A stretch of 64,000 bases of DNA, from the NCBI RefSeq assembly GCF_009914755.1, contig NC_060942.1. One strand, 5' to 3'. The DNA is from the human T2T-CHM13v2.0 reference genome, Homo sapiens. The notes beneath the pieces were generated by a model that saw only the letters and a program-made list of their open reading frames with translations, was not told where the DNA came from and searched no databases. Shown piece by piece: positions 41,801 to 56,993 of the stretch. The translations under genes and the position numbers were made by a program. The stretch's first letter is position 1. Each line of letters starts with the position of its first letter.

Positions 41801-42578
41801 GAATTAAGGTAAACTTTTGTCAAAGGTTAACTTGACAGATTAAAAAATATGTAATTTTGGTTTGCTTAGAAAACACAAACAATACCACCTCCCCCCACCC
41901 CCATAAAATAGTCAAATGAACACTTGAAGGCAAGAGAAGTTTGGAAAAGTCTTAAATAATGGCTTCAGGCCCTCAATTAGAAAAAATTAGAAAACCCAAA
42001 AAAACAAAATCTGAAACGAGTGAGCTTTCAAGAGGCTGGCAGCCTTGGCCTGGCAGTAAGGAAGCCTGGAGTTGATTAAATTCACCCTGCAAACCCACGT
42101 CACAGCAGCAACAAGGACATGCTGGAGGTCTACAGAGAGGCTGAGGCTAATTTCACCCACCGATAATAACCACGTCTAAAACAAGGAATGGGGGAATGCC
42201 AATGAGCCCTAAGCTTCCTCTTTAACCATTTAATCCATTTTTTCTTCTTCCATGGTTTTGGAACCACAAGACACATTCTTTTTTTGACTTCAATTTTGGA
42301 TTCTTGGTGACACTGAGTTGGGTTGTGTCCAGGCCCAGGATAAGTAGAGAAGTCTGTGCATTCACTATAGGGAGGCAGTGTTACACTCGCTTTATTAAGG
42401 TAAAATAATTTGGTATCAAAACGTTAAGATGGAAGGGAAAGGGAGTCTCCCAGCTTATTTTAAAACTATCCGAGTTGTGATTCTGATCAGTCATATGAAT
42501 TGAAAAAGATGACCACTTTAACAGCTAGGTTCTTTTGGCCTCCACAGCTTATAAATAAAAAGCAAAACTAAATTTACA

Positions 42579-42937
42579 CAGTTGGCTCTCTGTATCCATA
42601 GGTTTCGCATCCCTGGATTCAACCAACCATGGATTTAAAATATTCTGAGGAAAAAACAAGGATAGTTGCATCTGCACTGAACATTACAGACTGTTTTTTC
42701 TTGCCATTATCCCTAAATGATACAGTATAACAACTACTTATATGGCATTTACATTATATTAGGTATTGTAAGTAATCTAGAGATGATTTAAAGTATACAG
42801 GAGGATGTACACAGGTTATATACAAATACACTATTTTATATTATGGACTTGAGCATCTGTGGATTTTGGTATCTATGGCGGGTGTTTTGGGGGTGGGGTC
42901 CTGGAACCAATCTCCCATGGATACAGAGAGATAACTG
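42579..42937 (-). mobile_element. MER2 (TcMar-Tigger) non-autonomous DNA transposon, near full length
   Basis: TIRs cagttggctctctgtatccat / atggatacagagagataactg followed by TA; interior gtaatctagagatgatttaaagtatacaggaggatgt. Confidence 0.85.
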
Positions 42938-45900
42938 TATTGTGCTTAGGAACCATTTCAAACTTTAATTGTCTACATATAATTGTGCATGGTACTTTTA
43001 AATTCAGAAAATAAGCCAAACTGGAAAAATCAAAACGTTTGATTCAAAACTAGGGCTCATTACCTGTGGTATGAGAATTAGTCTGCTTCATAACATGAAA
43101 GCTGAGTTATTTAGAGGATACTCATCAGTGCTTTGTAGAACAGAGCTACAAATGACTACCGAGTTTAACGGCCAAAAGCAAAGCTGAGACCTCTACTTAA
43201 TCTGAAGAACCGTTACTTGTAAATATTCCGCAAAGCACATGAGTTTCTTATACAGTAAGTTCCAAGAGAACTAAAATGTTTTTCTGTTTTCTTTTGAATG
43301 TGGTTGCTTTCAGATCGTCTCAAATTCAGAAGCCAGATGTGGGTAGGAGTTGCACAGAAGACAGAGAAGGCTTAAAAGTTCACTAATGTTGAGACTACTA
43401 TGGAAAAGGCTGGATGCAATGGACTCACAGAGTCCTGAGGAAGGGGCTACTGATAAGCAATGGGGGAGACAGACAGGCTGGGTGTCTCCTCTGATGCTCA
43501 TCAACCCCAGAATCAGGAGGCCAGGAAACCTAGCTTTCACCTGTGTCTCCTTGCTGAACAGAGACGAACAGCATAGATTTTACAGCTAGACAATCAGTAA
43601 GGACCCATAACCCTAAGGACCTCAAGTACTTATGATGATGAGAAGCCAGGGACATTCCCTCTTTCAGTTGCTTTCTCTTCCTTCTTGGTTTCTGTCCATC
43701 AACATGAGTCTCAATACCATCCCATTTGAGGGCCGAGTGTGCAGCCCCTGAGGAGGAGGTTGTGCTGGCTTGGTTGGGGACAGACAAAGCCTGAATGCTG
43801 AAGGTTTGTTTCCTGAATACTGCTGTGGGATACTCCCCTACTCCCATCCCATTACTCCTTATCCCTCTCTTCAGATTTTCATCCAAGGATCAGGGTCACT
43901 CAGGAATCTTTAATTAAAGTGAGCCAATATGTCCATTATGGAGCCAAGGAAATGTAGGGAAAGAAGGATTCAGTGAAGGATAAACAGGGAATCGATGGCA
44001 GAGTCAAGAGGAAAATACACATTTCTGGATCCTTGCTTGGGAAAATGGCCACTGGTACGAGGAAAACTATAGACACATAGTCCCATCTTCATTTTGATGG
44101 TGGGGGTAGTAGATAATGCCATGTCAGAATTTTTCCAACACGGAAAATTCAAAACATTTACTACTGTGAGTCTTGGAAACAAGGAATGGCAGTTTAACTT
44201 TTGAGGTGGGGAAAAAGAAGGGATCAAAAGACTGTTTACTCTGTTTTGTAGTGAAACGAGTTTTATGAAGTGCTCTTTGCAGTTGAAGACACACTTACTA
44301 TTTTCTGCTGGGAAATATTCTGGCTAGTTTACAGTAAAGATCTGATGTAACATGAGAAGAGTTTAAACCCCATACACTTAAAAGCTTGATAACACATTTT
44401 TTCTTTCATTGGGGCTGTGGCAATGTTTATCCTCCATTTTGATAGGGCAATGTCAGAAATGTGTTAGCAGGGGCACCCTGTTACTGTACAGGCAGTATAA
44501 CAACATTAAAGTAAATTTCAAAAAAGCAAAGCAAAACGGATCAACCAACCAACTCACCCTTAATTTTATTGCTCAAAGTAAATATTTTCATTTTGGGGAA
44601 TAATCTTTCTCTGTATGTATCTGTGTGTCTCTGTATGTGTATGTGTGTGTAGAGATATATGAATATAAAAATAGTAGCAATCACAGGAAAAATATTATGA
44701 TGTTTTAAACTTTGAGTCTGAAAGACACATTAAGAAAAATGCCATGCCTTTCTACTTTGAGATGACACTTATTCTCCATGCTGCAGATATTATGCCAAAA
44801 GTAAACTACTGAAATATGTTTTAGTGAAACATGCTATCGTAATAGTTCAAGTAATTCACAACACCAATGTAATAACAAGCACCATTTTGTTTAGGTTTTC
44901 AGAGTAGGTACCATATAAAATCATTTTTCTGGAGCCATTTTATGTTTTATATAAAGAGTTATCATGTAAAATGTAATAACAGTATAAAGTGCTGCATGTT
45001 CACATCCTGATGACACCTGGGAAGAGGTGAATTGTACATTCCGCTTTAAAACAACCCTTGAAGGTACTGCAAAAATATGGTATCTGTTATTACCAGAATT
45101 CTCCGTGGGAACACCATAGAGAGGCTGTGGATGCCACAGAACAGACTGCTGCTGTCAGCCCTGATCACTTTTTAACAGATAATATATTTAGATGAAAAAT
45201 CTTCTCATTGCACATAAAGAAGCCTGGTTTTTCAGGGTGATTCTTTCATAGCTTTTCTTCTGTTACAAGACTAGTTCTGGGCTGTGCGAGAAGGAATGTG
45301 GAGAAAGAATGCTCTTAAGTCTTCCTCAGAAGCTTAACTCGTATATAGTTCCTTTTTCCAAAAAACCTGGACTCTTTAAACGCTCTAACCATAAATTAGC
45401 TCTTGTCTCAGGTGGTGAAACATATGGTGCCCTGCACAACACGGGAGCTTCACAGGAGGACTTTTTTCCCTTTTGGCAATGTTTTTCTGGTCTCCAATTA
45501 CAATTTAAAATTGAACTCTGGCATTTGTTAGATGAAAATGACCAAACTGACTGTTCCCCTATTTTTTGCTTCTTGAGATGATCACAAGATAAAATTTACT
45601 AATTTTAAGTGTTCAATTTCATAAATTTCGTCGTTTGTATACAATTGTGTGACCACACCACAATTAAGATGCAGAGTAGAAAGCCCCTTCCTGTGCCTTT
45701 GCACATGATTTTCTGTGCTGTCCCCCTGGGCCCAAGGAAGCCACAGATCTGCTTTCTCTCTCAGTTTTGCCTTTTCTAGCTTTTATTGATTTCATCAATT
45801 TAACTTTGACAATTCTAATTTTTTAAACTTATTGAGATCTGTTCTATGGCTCAAAATAGGATTTATCTTGGTAAGGGTGTTATATACATTCGAAAATAAT

Positions 45901-46638
45901 GTGAATTTCTGCCACTGTCCAGTGAAATGTTCTGGGAATATCAATCAAGGTGAGGTAGTTGATAGTCTTTTTCAGATTTTCTATGTCTTCAGTGAATTTT
46001 TCTGGTCTAGACGTTCTACCAGTTGCTGAGGGAGGGTTAAGTCTCCAACACAGTGGAGTTGTCTGTCAGCTTTTTGTTTCATGATATTGAAGCTTTGCTA
46101 TTGGCACATGCACATTTGTGCCTGTTATGTCTTCCTCTTGAATTGTCCCTGTGATCATTATGAAGTATCCTCATTCACCTTTGGTTTTGTTTTGAAATCT
46201 GTATTATGTGACATTAGTAAAGCCATGTTATGCTTACTGTTTGCATGGTACCTCTTTTTCTGATTTGCTTTCAACCTGTATTTTTATAGTTAAAGCATAT
46301 CCTTTGCAGACAGTATATAGTTGGGTCTTATTTTATCCATTCTGACAATTCTTGCTTTTTAATGAGTGTTTGGTCCATTAACATTCCATGTAATTATTGA
46401 TATGGTTAGGTTTGCATCTGCCAATATTATATTTTGCTTTCTACTCAAATCCTCTCTTGTTTTGTTCCTCCTTTCCTGCTTTGGGGAAAAAATTATTTGA
46501 ATGTTTTTAAGAATTCTAATTTTTCTGTTGGCTTTTGAGCTATTCATTTTTTTATTACTTTTACAGTGGTTGCCCTAGAGATGACAATATACACTCTTAA
46601 CTTTTCTCAGTCAACTTACAGATAATAATATATTACTT

Positions 46639-46845
46639 AGGGTGACCATAGTCAGTAAAAACTGAATTGCATATTTTAAAATAACTTAGAGAATAACTGG
46701 ATTGTCTGTAACTCAAAGGATAAATGCTTGAGGGGATGGATACCCCATTCTCCATGATGTGCTTATTTCACGTTGCATGCCTGTATCAAAACATCTCATG
46801 TACCCCATAAATATACCTATGCACCCACAAAAATTAAAAAATATA
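46639..46845 (+). mobile_element. L1MA 3' end fragment
   Basis: aaaggataaatgcttgaggggatggataccccattctccatgatgtg..catctcatgtaccccataaatata. Confidence 0.88.
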
Positions 46846-46990
46846 TATATATATACTACTTCATGTAAACTATACAACTGTCACAACCATACAGGGCCAT
46901 ATCCCTCCTCTCCTCTCCTATATACTATTGTTGTTATATATACATCTACATAGATTATAAATCCTAAAAACCAATGTGATAATTTTGGTT

Positions 46991-47121
46991 ATTCCCTTCC
47001 GGCTCTTTCCCTTCTGGGATTCTTCTACTCTCTTCAGCATTTATGCTTTCCCAGCTTCTCTCCTGTGCTTTTCTAGGTCAGAAATATCAAGAGTTTCCCA
47101 TGTGAGGTGCTTGCCACCATG
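46991..47121 (+). repeat. 131-bp dispersed direct duplicate of 50479-50609
   Basis: attcccttcc..ttcttctactctcttcagcatt..agaaatatcaagagt..tgtgaggtgcttgccaccatg at both sites, ~90% identity by eye. Confidence 0.92.
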
Positions 47122-47841
47122 TCATTTAGGAATTTTAGTTTATTTAAAAATTAAAGAGAAAGAAGGGAGGAAAGGGAGGAAGGGAAGAAGGCAAAGAGAA
47201 TGGAAAATATAAATATGAATGTTATATATTTACTTAGATATTTACTACTTCTTGTAAATATTTTTCCTTCCTCTCTGAAAGCCTGAGTTTCCATCCGGCA
47301 TCATTTTTGCTCAGCCTGAAGAACTTCCTTTAGCACTGTTCCATTCTCTTTGAGACTCTGACTTCTAATGAGAAGTGCAAGGTTAATTGAGTTGTTCCCG
47401 CATAAGGGAATTTGGTACTATGTTATACTTTGTTGTTTTTCTCTTGGTTTTTGTCATTGGCTTTCAACAGCTTTGATGCTACAATGCCTTGACATGAGAT
47501 TCTTTGTGTTTATTCTGTTTGGTGTCAGCATCTCATATCTGCAACTGTCTGTCTTTTTTCCATTTGGCCCTTTTTAATTGTTTCTATTTCTCGGCTGAGA
47601 CATCTCCTTTCTCTGCTGGAATGTTCATGCATTAAAAACATGTTTCATGCAAAGAAAAAAAATGAGGAAAGCCATAGTAGTTACTTCAAAATCTTTGTTG
47701 GTTCTAACATCTGGTTCGTCTTGGGGTAGAAAACTTGATTGCTGTGTGCAGAAAATGTGTTCCATTTTCTTGATTCTGTGGATGTCGGGACATTTTGGGT
47801 TGTATCCTGAATAATATTAATGTTACATTGTAGAGATTCTT

Positions 47842-49993
47842 TTTTTTTTTATTTATTTTTATTTTTTTTATTGATCATTCTTGGGAGTTTCTCGCAGAGG
47901 GGGATTTGGCAGGGTCATAGGACAATAGTGGAGGGAAGGTGGGCAGATAAACAAGTGAACAAAGGTCTCTGGTTTTCCTAGACAGAGGACCCTGCGGCCT
48001 TCCGCAGTGTTTGTGTCCCTGGGTACTTGAGATTAGGGAGTGGTGATGACTCTTAACGAGCATGCTGCCTTCAAGCATCTGTTTAACAAAGCACATCTTG
48101 CACCGCCCTTAATCCATTTAACCCTGAGTGGACACAGCACATGTTTCAGAGAGCACAGGGTTGGGGGTAAGGTCACCGATCAACAGGATCCCAAGGCAGA
48201 AGAATTTATCTTAGTACAGAACAAAATGAAAAGTCTCCCATGTCTACTTCTTTCTACACAAACACGGCAACCATCCGATTTCTCAATCTTTTCCCCACCT
48301 TTCCCCCCTTTCTATTCCACAAAACCGCCATTGTCATCCCGGCCCGTTCTCAATGAGCTGTTGGGTACACCTCCCAGACGGGGTGGTGGCCGGGCAGAGG
48401 GGCTCCTCACTTCCCAGTAGGGTCGGCCGGGCAGAGGCGCCCCTCACCTCCCGGACGGGGCGGCTGGCTGGGCAGAGGGGTGCCTCACTTCCTAGTAGGG
48501 GTGGCCGGGCAGAGGCGCCCCTCACCTCCCGGACGGGGCGGCTGGCCGGGCGGGGGGCTGACCCCCCCACCTCCCTCCCGGACGGGGCGTCTGGCCGGGT
48601 GGGGGGCTGACCCCCCAACCTCCCTCCCGGACGGGGCGGCTGGCCGGGTGGGGGGCTGACCCCCCAACCTCCCTCCCGGACGGGGCGGCTGGCCGGGCAG
48701 AGGGGCTCCTCACTTCCCAGTAGGGGCGGCGGGGCAGAGGCGCCCCTCACCTCCCGGACGGGGTGGCTGGCCGGGCGGGGGGCTGACCCCCCCCAACTCC
48801 CTCCCGGACGGGGTGGCTGGCCGGGCGAGGGGCTGAGCCCCCCACCTCCCTCCCGGACGGGGTGGCTGGCCCGGCAGAGGGGCTCCTCACTTCCCAGTAG
48901 GGGCGGCTGGGCAGAGGCGCCCCTCACCTCCCGGACGGGGCGGCTGGCCGGGCAGAGGGGCTCCTCACTTCCCAGTAGGGGCGGCCGGGCAGAGGCGCCC
49001 CTCACCTCCCGGACGGGGCGGCTGGCCGGGCGGGGGCTGACCCCCCCACCTCCCTCCTGGACGGGGCGGCTGGCCGGGCGGGGGGCTGACCCCCCCCACC
49101 TCCCTCCCGGACGGGGCGGCTGCCGGGCGGAGACGCTCCTCACTTCCCAGACGGGGTGGCTGCCGGGCAGAGGGGCTCCTCACTTCTCAGACGGGGCGGC
49201 TCCGGGCGGAGGGGCTCCTCACTTCTCAGACGGGGCGGATGCCGGGCGGAGGGTCTCCTCACTTCTCAGACGGGGCGGCTGGGCAGAGACGCTCCTCACC
49301 TCCCAGACGGGGTGGCGGCCGGGCAGAGGCGCTCCCCACATCTCAGACGATGGGCGGCCGAGCAGAGACGCTCCTCACTTCCCAGATGGGATGGCTGCGG
49401 GGAAGAGGTGCTCCTCACTTCCTAGATGGGATGGCGGCCGGGCAGAGACGCTCCTCACTTTCCAGACTGGGCAGCCAGGCAGAGGGGCTCCTCACGTCCC
49501 AGACGATGGGCGGCCAGGCAGAGACGCTCCTCACTTCCCAGACGGGGTGGCGGCCGGGCAGAGGCTGCAATCTCGGCACTTTGGGAGGCCAAGGCAGGCG
49601 GCTGGGAGATGGAGGTTGTAGCGAGCTGAGATCACGCCACTGCACTCCAGCCTGGGCACCATTGAGCACTGAGTGAACCAGACTCCGTCTGCAATCCCGG
49701 CACCTCGGGAGGCCGAGGCTGGCGGATCACTCGTGGTTAGGAGCTGGAGACCAGCCCGGCCAACACAGCGAAACCCCGTCTCCACCAAAAAAGTACGAAA
49801 ACCAGTCAGGCGTGGTGGCGCGTGCCTGCAATCGCAGGCACTCGGCAGGCTGAGGCAGGAGAATCAGGCAGGGAGGTCGCCGTGAGCCGAGATGGCAGCA
49901 GTACAGTCCAGCTTTGGCTCGGCATCAGAGGGAGACCGTGGAAAGAGAGGGAGAGGGAGACCGAGAGGGAGAGGGGAGAGGGGAGAGGGGAGC
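47842..49993 (-). mobile_element. Full-length SVA (SVA_D-like): hexamer, Alu-like, VNTR, SINE-R, poly(A)
   Basis: Poly(T) at 47842-47870, SINE-R ~47871-48370, GC-rich VNTR ~48370-49560, Alu-like ~49560-49935, short (GGGAGA)n to 49993. Perfect 13-bp TSD TGTAGAGATTCTT at 47829-47841 and 49994-50006. Confidence 0.97.
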
Positions 49994-51199
49994 TGTAGAG
50001 ATTCTTGTCTGGGCTAGAACTGAAAACTCTGTATTTTGATCTTTTGTTTTTAGCCAGGCTGTTTAAAGTTTGTTCTGCAGATGTGTGGTTCAAGGTTTAG
50101 TCAAAGATGTGGACTGGCAGAGTTTAAGGATTCCTTTCTCTGACTCTTTCTCTTCTGGGATTCCTCCACTATTTTCAGAGTTTATGGATTCTCAACTTCT
50201 CTTTTCTGGTTTTCAGGCCAGAAAGGCTCTGCTACTTTTCCACATGTGCCCCACCTCTGCTCTGTGTGCAGTGTGATGCTGTCACTGCAGTCAGCCCAAG
50301 GCTGAAAGTGTCAGGAAGTAGGTTTGTTATTTTCCATCCTCCAAGTGAAGAATGCACCCTCTTCATGAGAGTCTCTGCATCTGCTCACTCTTCGGTATCT
50401 TCAGAGCTGGTCTTAGTTCAGAGTTTTGGTTTCTAGCTGAGCTGCTATGATTCAGAGATGTAGACAGGCAGTTTGGGAATTCCCTTCCAGCTCTTTCCCT
50501 TCTAGGATTCTTCTACTCTCTTCAGCATTCATGCTTTCCCAGTTTCTCTTCTGTGATTTCCCAGGCCAGAAATATCAAGAGTCTTCCATGTGAGGTGCTT
50601 GCCACCATGCCACGAACTACATGGACTGTACTTGGTCCCAGGCTAAAAGCCATGGAAATAGAAATGTATGTATATAGCTTCCTGTTTCCTCTCCTCTAAA
50701 TGAGCATAAACAGCCTGAAATGGTTTGCTTCTATTCATTCTCCAGTATCTTCAAGTAGTTGTGTTTCATATTATATGTTCAGACTTTCTAGTTGTTTTCT
50801 GTAGGGTGTATTATCTGGTAGGGTCTTGATACCTAGAAGCAAAAACTTAATTCCCAAGCCAACTTTCAACCACACTGCATTATTTTATTCAGAAATATTT
50901 AACAAGTAGCTATTCTGTGCAAGGTAGTGTATTATGTCAATATGCTATAGGGTGACATAAACATAGAAAACACAACAATTAACTTAAAAATGAAATGAGA
51001 TTAAAGTATACACATACATATTAATACACAAGGTAGCAGGAGATAAAAACAGTACAGAATGGTAAAGAAGAACTTGGAGAGAGGGTTTTGGCAATGCTTT
51101 TGGAAACATGGGTAGAATTTCAAAGAAAGACAGGAAGTGGCATGATTGGCCAAATACAGACAGTTTTACTTATTCATTTTTTAATGTGTATACATTTGA

Positions 51200-53040
51200 T
51201 TTCTTTATCTTGTTGTATGCTCTTCTAGGGCCTCAAGCACAATGCTGAATACATGTGCTGGGAGCCGACATTCTTGCTTTGTTCCTGATCAGTGGAAAAA
51301 GAATTTAGTCTTTCATCATTATGTGTGACGTTAGCCGTAGGTTTTTTCCAAGTGCCCATTGTCAGGTGAGGAATTTACCTTATATTCCTAGTTGTGTGAG
51401 AATTTTTATCATGAACAGATGTTAGGTTTTGTCTGTGTGTATTGTGGGGGTCAGCAAACATTTTCTATAAAGGGCCCAGTAATAAACATTTTAGGCTTTG
51501 TGAGCCATATGATCTTTGTCACAACTACTTGACTCTGCTACTGTCGTGTGAAAGGAGACACAGACAATACATAAATAAGTGGGTGTAGCTGTGTTCCAAG
51601 AAAACTGTACTTACAAACATAGGTGGCAGGCAGGATTTGGCCTGTGGGTTGTGGTTTGTTGATTCTTGGTCTATTAAAATGATCATGTGGTTTGTCCTTT
51701 AGTCTACTAATATGGCATATTATACTATTTCAGTTTTGGATATTAAACTAATTTTGTATTCCTGGGATAAATCTGACTTGGTTATGGTGTACAATCCTTT
51801 CTGTACACTGCTGGTGTCAGTTTGCTAATATTTTGTAAAGGATTTTTTTGTGTCTCTGTTCATGAGAGATACTGGTCTGTTCTTTTCCTGTGATGTCTCT
51901 GTCTGATTTTGTTATCAAGGTCATACTGGCCTCCCTGAATGAGCTGGGTAGCATTCCTTTTTCTTACTCTAGTTTCTGAAAGAGTCTGTGTAGGATTCAC
52001 ATTATTTCTTTGCAAAAACTATTTACCAGTGAAGACATATGAGCCTGTGTTCTTCTTTATGGGAAGATTTTAATTACTAATTCATTTAAAAAATAGTGAT
52101 AGGTCTATTCAGTTTTTAATATTTCTTTTTAAGTCAGTTTTGATAATTTGTATATTTCTAAGAATTGCTCATTTCATCTACAATGTTTAATTTGTTCATT
52201 TCAATTTGTTTCTAATATTGTATTCCTTTATATTTAATTTCTACAGGGTCAATAACGGTGCTCTTTTTTCATTCTTCACTTTGGTAATCTGTGTCTCTTC
52301 TTTTTTTCTTGCTCATTCTAGGTAAAGTCTTATCCATTTTATTGATCTTTTCAAAGAATCAGCTTTTAGTTTCACTGATATTATCTATTGTTTTCTCTTC
52401 ATTGATTTGTGCTCTGATCTTTATGATTTCTGCCCTTTTGCTTATTTGAGGTTTAATTTGCTTTTCTTTTTAGTTTCTTAAGGTAGAAGCTTAGATTATC
52501 TGATGTTTTCTTTTATTCTAATGTAGGATTTAAAGTTATAAATTTTCCTGTAAGCACCACTTGAGCCGCATCTCACAAATTTTGATATGCTGTATTTATA
52601 TTTTCATTTAGTTCAAACTGTCTTTAAATTTTCCTTATGACCTATTAAAAGTATGCTGCTTAATTTCCAAATATTAGAAGCTTTTCCAAATACCTTTCTT
52701 TTGTTTATTTCTAATTTAATTATGTTGTGGTCAATAAACATATCTGTTTGATTTCAATCCTTTCAAATCTGAGACTTGTTTTGTGACCCAGCACATGGTC
52801 TATCCTGGAGAGTGTTCCATGTGTACTTGAAAAGAATATGTATTCTGCTGCCATTGGGTAGAATGCTCTATAGATGTTAGTTAGATCATGTTGGTTGATA
52901 GTGCTGTTTAAACCTATATTCTTGCTGTCTTTCTATCTAGTTGTTCTACTACTGGGGCATTAGTCTCCAACTATTATTTTTGAATTGTCTCTACTTCTTT
53001 TCAGTTCTGTCAAGTTTTGTTTCATTTATTTTGGGGAATT
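51200..53040 (-). mobile_element. Old L1M ORF2 region
   Basis: attcctgggataaat..ttggttatggtgta; ttgatcttttcaaagaatcagc; catggtctatcctggagagtgttccatgtgtacttgaaaagaatatgtattctg. Confidence 0.85.
51446..51669. mobile_element. MER58A (hAT-Charlie) nested in L1M
   Basis: ggggtcagcaaacattttctataaagggcc..ttttaggctttgtgagccata..ggatttggcctgtggg..gtttgttga. Confidence 0.85.
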
Positions 53041-53044
53041 TTTT

Positions 53045-53500
53045 TAGTAGCTCAAAATTTGAAATAATCTAGATGTCCACCAATAGAATGGAGAAACTGT
53101 GAACTATTTATGTAATGTAATACTAATACATCAGTGGACAGGAACAAATGTTGTCTAACAACATAAATGGCTCTCATCAACAAAATGTTGACTGGAAGAA
53201 GAAAGTTGCAAAGGAAAATATAGTGCATGGTTTCATTTATGAAAAGGTCAGAATTGGAAACCACATTGTTTAGAAATATACACGCAGATGGTAAAATTAT
53301 GAAGACGATGACAGTTATACCCAAAGTCAGGACAGTTTTTAGTTCCAGAGGGTATATTGGGACTTCTGGGCTGTTGGCAATGACCATTTCTTGATATGAA
53401 AAGCCATTATATGGATACTCACTTTCTAACTATTATTTTACAGTATACATCTATAGTTTATTTGTATATATGATCTCTCAATTTACACTGAAAAAGAAGA
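53045..53500 (+). mobile_element. Old L1M(E) 3' end
   Basis: atgtccaccaatagaatggag..acataaatgg..catggtttcatttatgaaa..ccacattgtttagaaatatacac. Confidence 0.7.
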
Positions 53501-54022
53501 AGGGGTGTAGCTTTATTAGTAGATGAGACCTTGACTATGTTCTAGATACAATGTATGACCAAAAACAGGGATTACTCTTATGACTCAATAAACTTCCGAA
53601 ATTGGGTATAAAATATGTTCCCTCCAATCTCACTGTGAGACTAGTGAGCAACAATATAATTTAATACCAAACCCATCTCAAGTTTAACTTATCTAATGCT
53701 AAAGAAAAGGTGACTTTAAGTGAACTATTTCATATTTTAAATCTAATAGGGTAATTTCTATTTGAAAGAACATGCTTTGATGTGCAAAGATCATTTCTAG
53801 ACACAAATCGTCTCCAACTTACCATTTTTAATGTTAGGGTTTTTAAAAATAGTGGATATTCTTCAAGTGGGGCAAGTAGAACATGCTGGTAGTGATTTTC
53901 ACAATCCAGTAACTGACATTATATTAGTCAGAGATTAGGAAGTTCCCTGAAATACTGGTCCAACATTTGGACAAATCTAACAGAAGAGTCAAAATTGAGG
54001 CAGATGAATAAGGACAACTGGT

Positions 54023-54346
<324 letters not shown>

Positions 54347-54549
54347 TAAGCACCACAGTTAACTTTTTAGGAAATTTTAGTTTGTGAATCACACATTTCT
54401 GACCAAAGAAAATTCTATCAAAACTAATAGCGGGGATTTCAAGGTAAAATCACACAGCTTAATGTTTCCTTTCCTACTGAAGAATGCCAGCCTTTTCCAG
54501 AACTGCCCTTGCATTGTGAACTTGGGTCCTGCAGTCATTGGAAATCATG

Positions 54550-54964
54550 TGTCCTAGTCCATTTTCTGCTGCTTATAAGAGAATACCTGAAACTGGGTAA
54601 TTATTTTAAGAAAGGAATTTCTTCCAGATATGGAGGCTTAGAAGTCCCAGGTTGGGCTGCATCTGGTGAGGGTGTTCTTGCTGGTGGAGACCCTCTGCAG
54701 AGTCCCAAGGCAGTGCAGGGCATCACATGGGGAGGGGGCTAAATGTGCTAGCTCAGGCCTCTCTTTCTCCTCTTATAAAGCCACAAGTCCCCCTCCCATG
54801 ATACCCATTAATCCATTAGCCGTTACTCCATGAATGGATTAATCTAGTCACAAGAGCAGAGCCCTCATGATCCAATCACACTTTAAAGGCCCCACCTCTC
54901 AATACGGCTGCACTGGGGAATTAAGTCTCAACATACGTTTGGAGGGGACATTCAAACCACAGCA
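54550..54964 (-). mobile_element. MST-type MaLR solo LTR
   Basis: tgtcctagtccatt..gaatacctgaaactgggtaat..ggccccacctctcaatac..ggggacattcaaaccacagca; 5-bp TSD-like tcatg/ccatg. Confidence 0.88.
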
Positions 54965-54984
54965 CCATGGTCTGGAGAACTAGG

Positions 54985-55670
<686 letters not shown>

Positions 55671-56018
55671 CTGGGCAAGATTTATTTTGCTACCAAAAAA
55701 ATTAGATATTTATCACTTTTCAATTAAGTGTTTTAGTTTATGACTACATTCAAGATGCAATAATAATAAAGACTAAATTTTTCTACTCTAGGATTACAAA
55801 GTAAAAACTATGCTTAATTTGCTTATCCATTGCAAAGAATAAAACTGCTTAAAAATTGCTTACACATCTACCACATATTTAATTAAACAAAAATAATGTA
55901 AGACATTATAATGAATATCATGGGCTAGCCTGTTTATCAAGAATGATTAGCCAAAAGTAAATATGACATTAAGCCATTGTAGGTTTACTGCAATTTCAAT
56001 ATTATGTACAAGAAAGGC

Positions 56019-56993
<975 letters not shown>

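Larger units (their letters stand above)
45575..47828 (-). mobile_element. Old L1M fragments
   Basis: ttattgagatctgttctatggc..; gtatatagttgggtc..atccattctgacaat; cagcctgaagaacttcctttagca. Confidence 0.7.

Noticed and set aside
47875-50093. Cluster of long Pro/Gly/Arg-rich ORFs (up to 269 aa) and an apparent CpG island
   Set aside because: All lie within the SVA VNTR, Alu-like and SINE-R regions; not a gene or host promoter.
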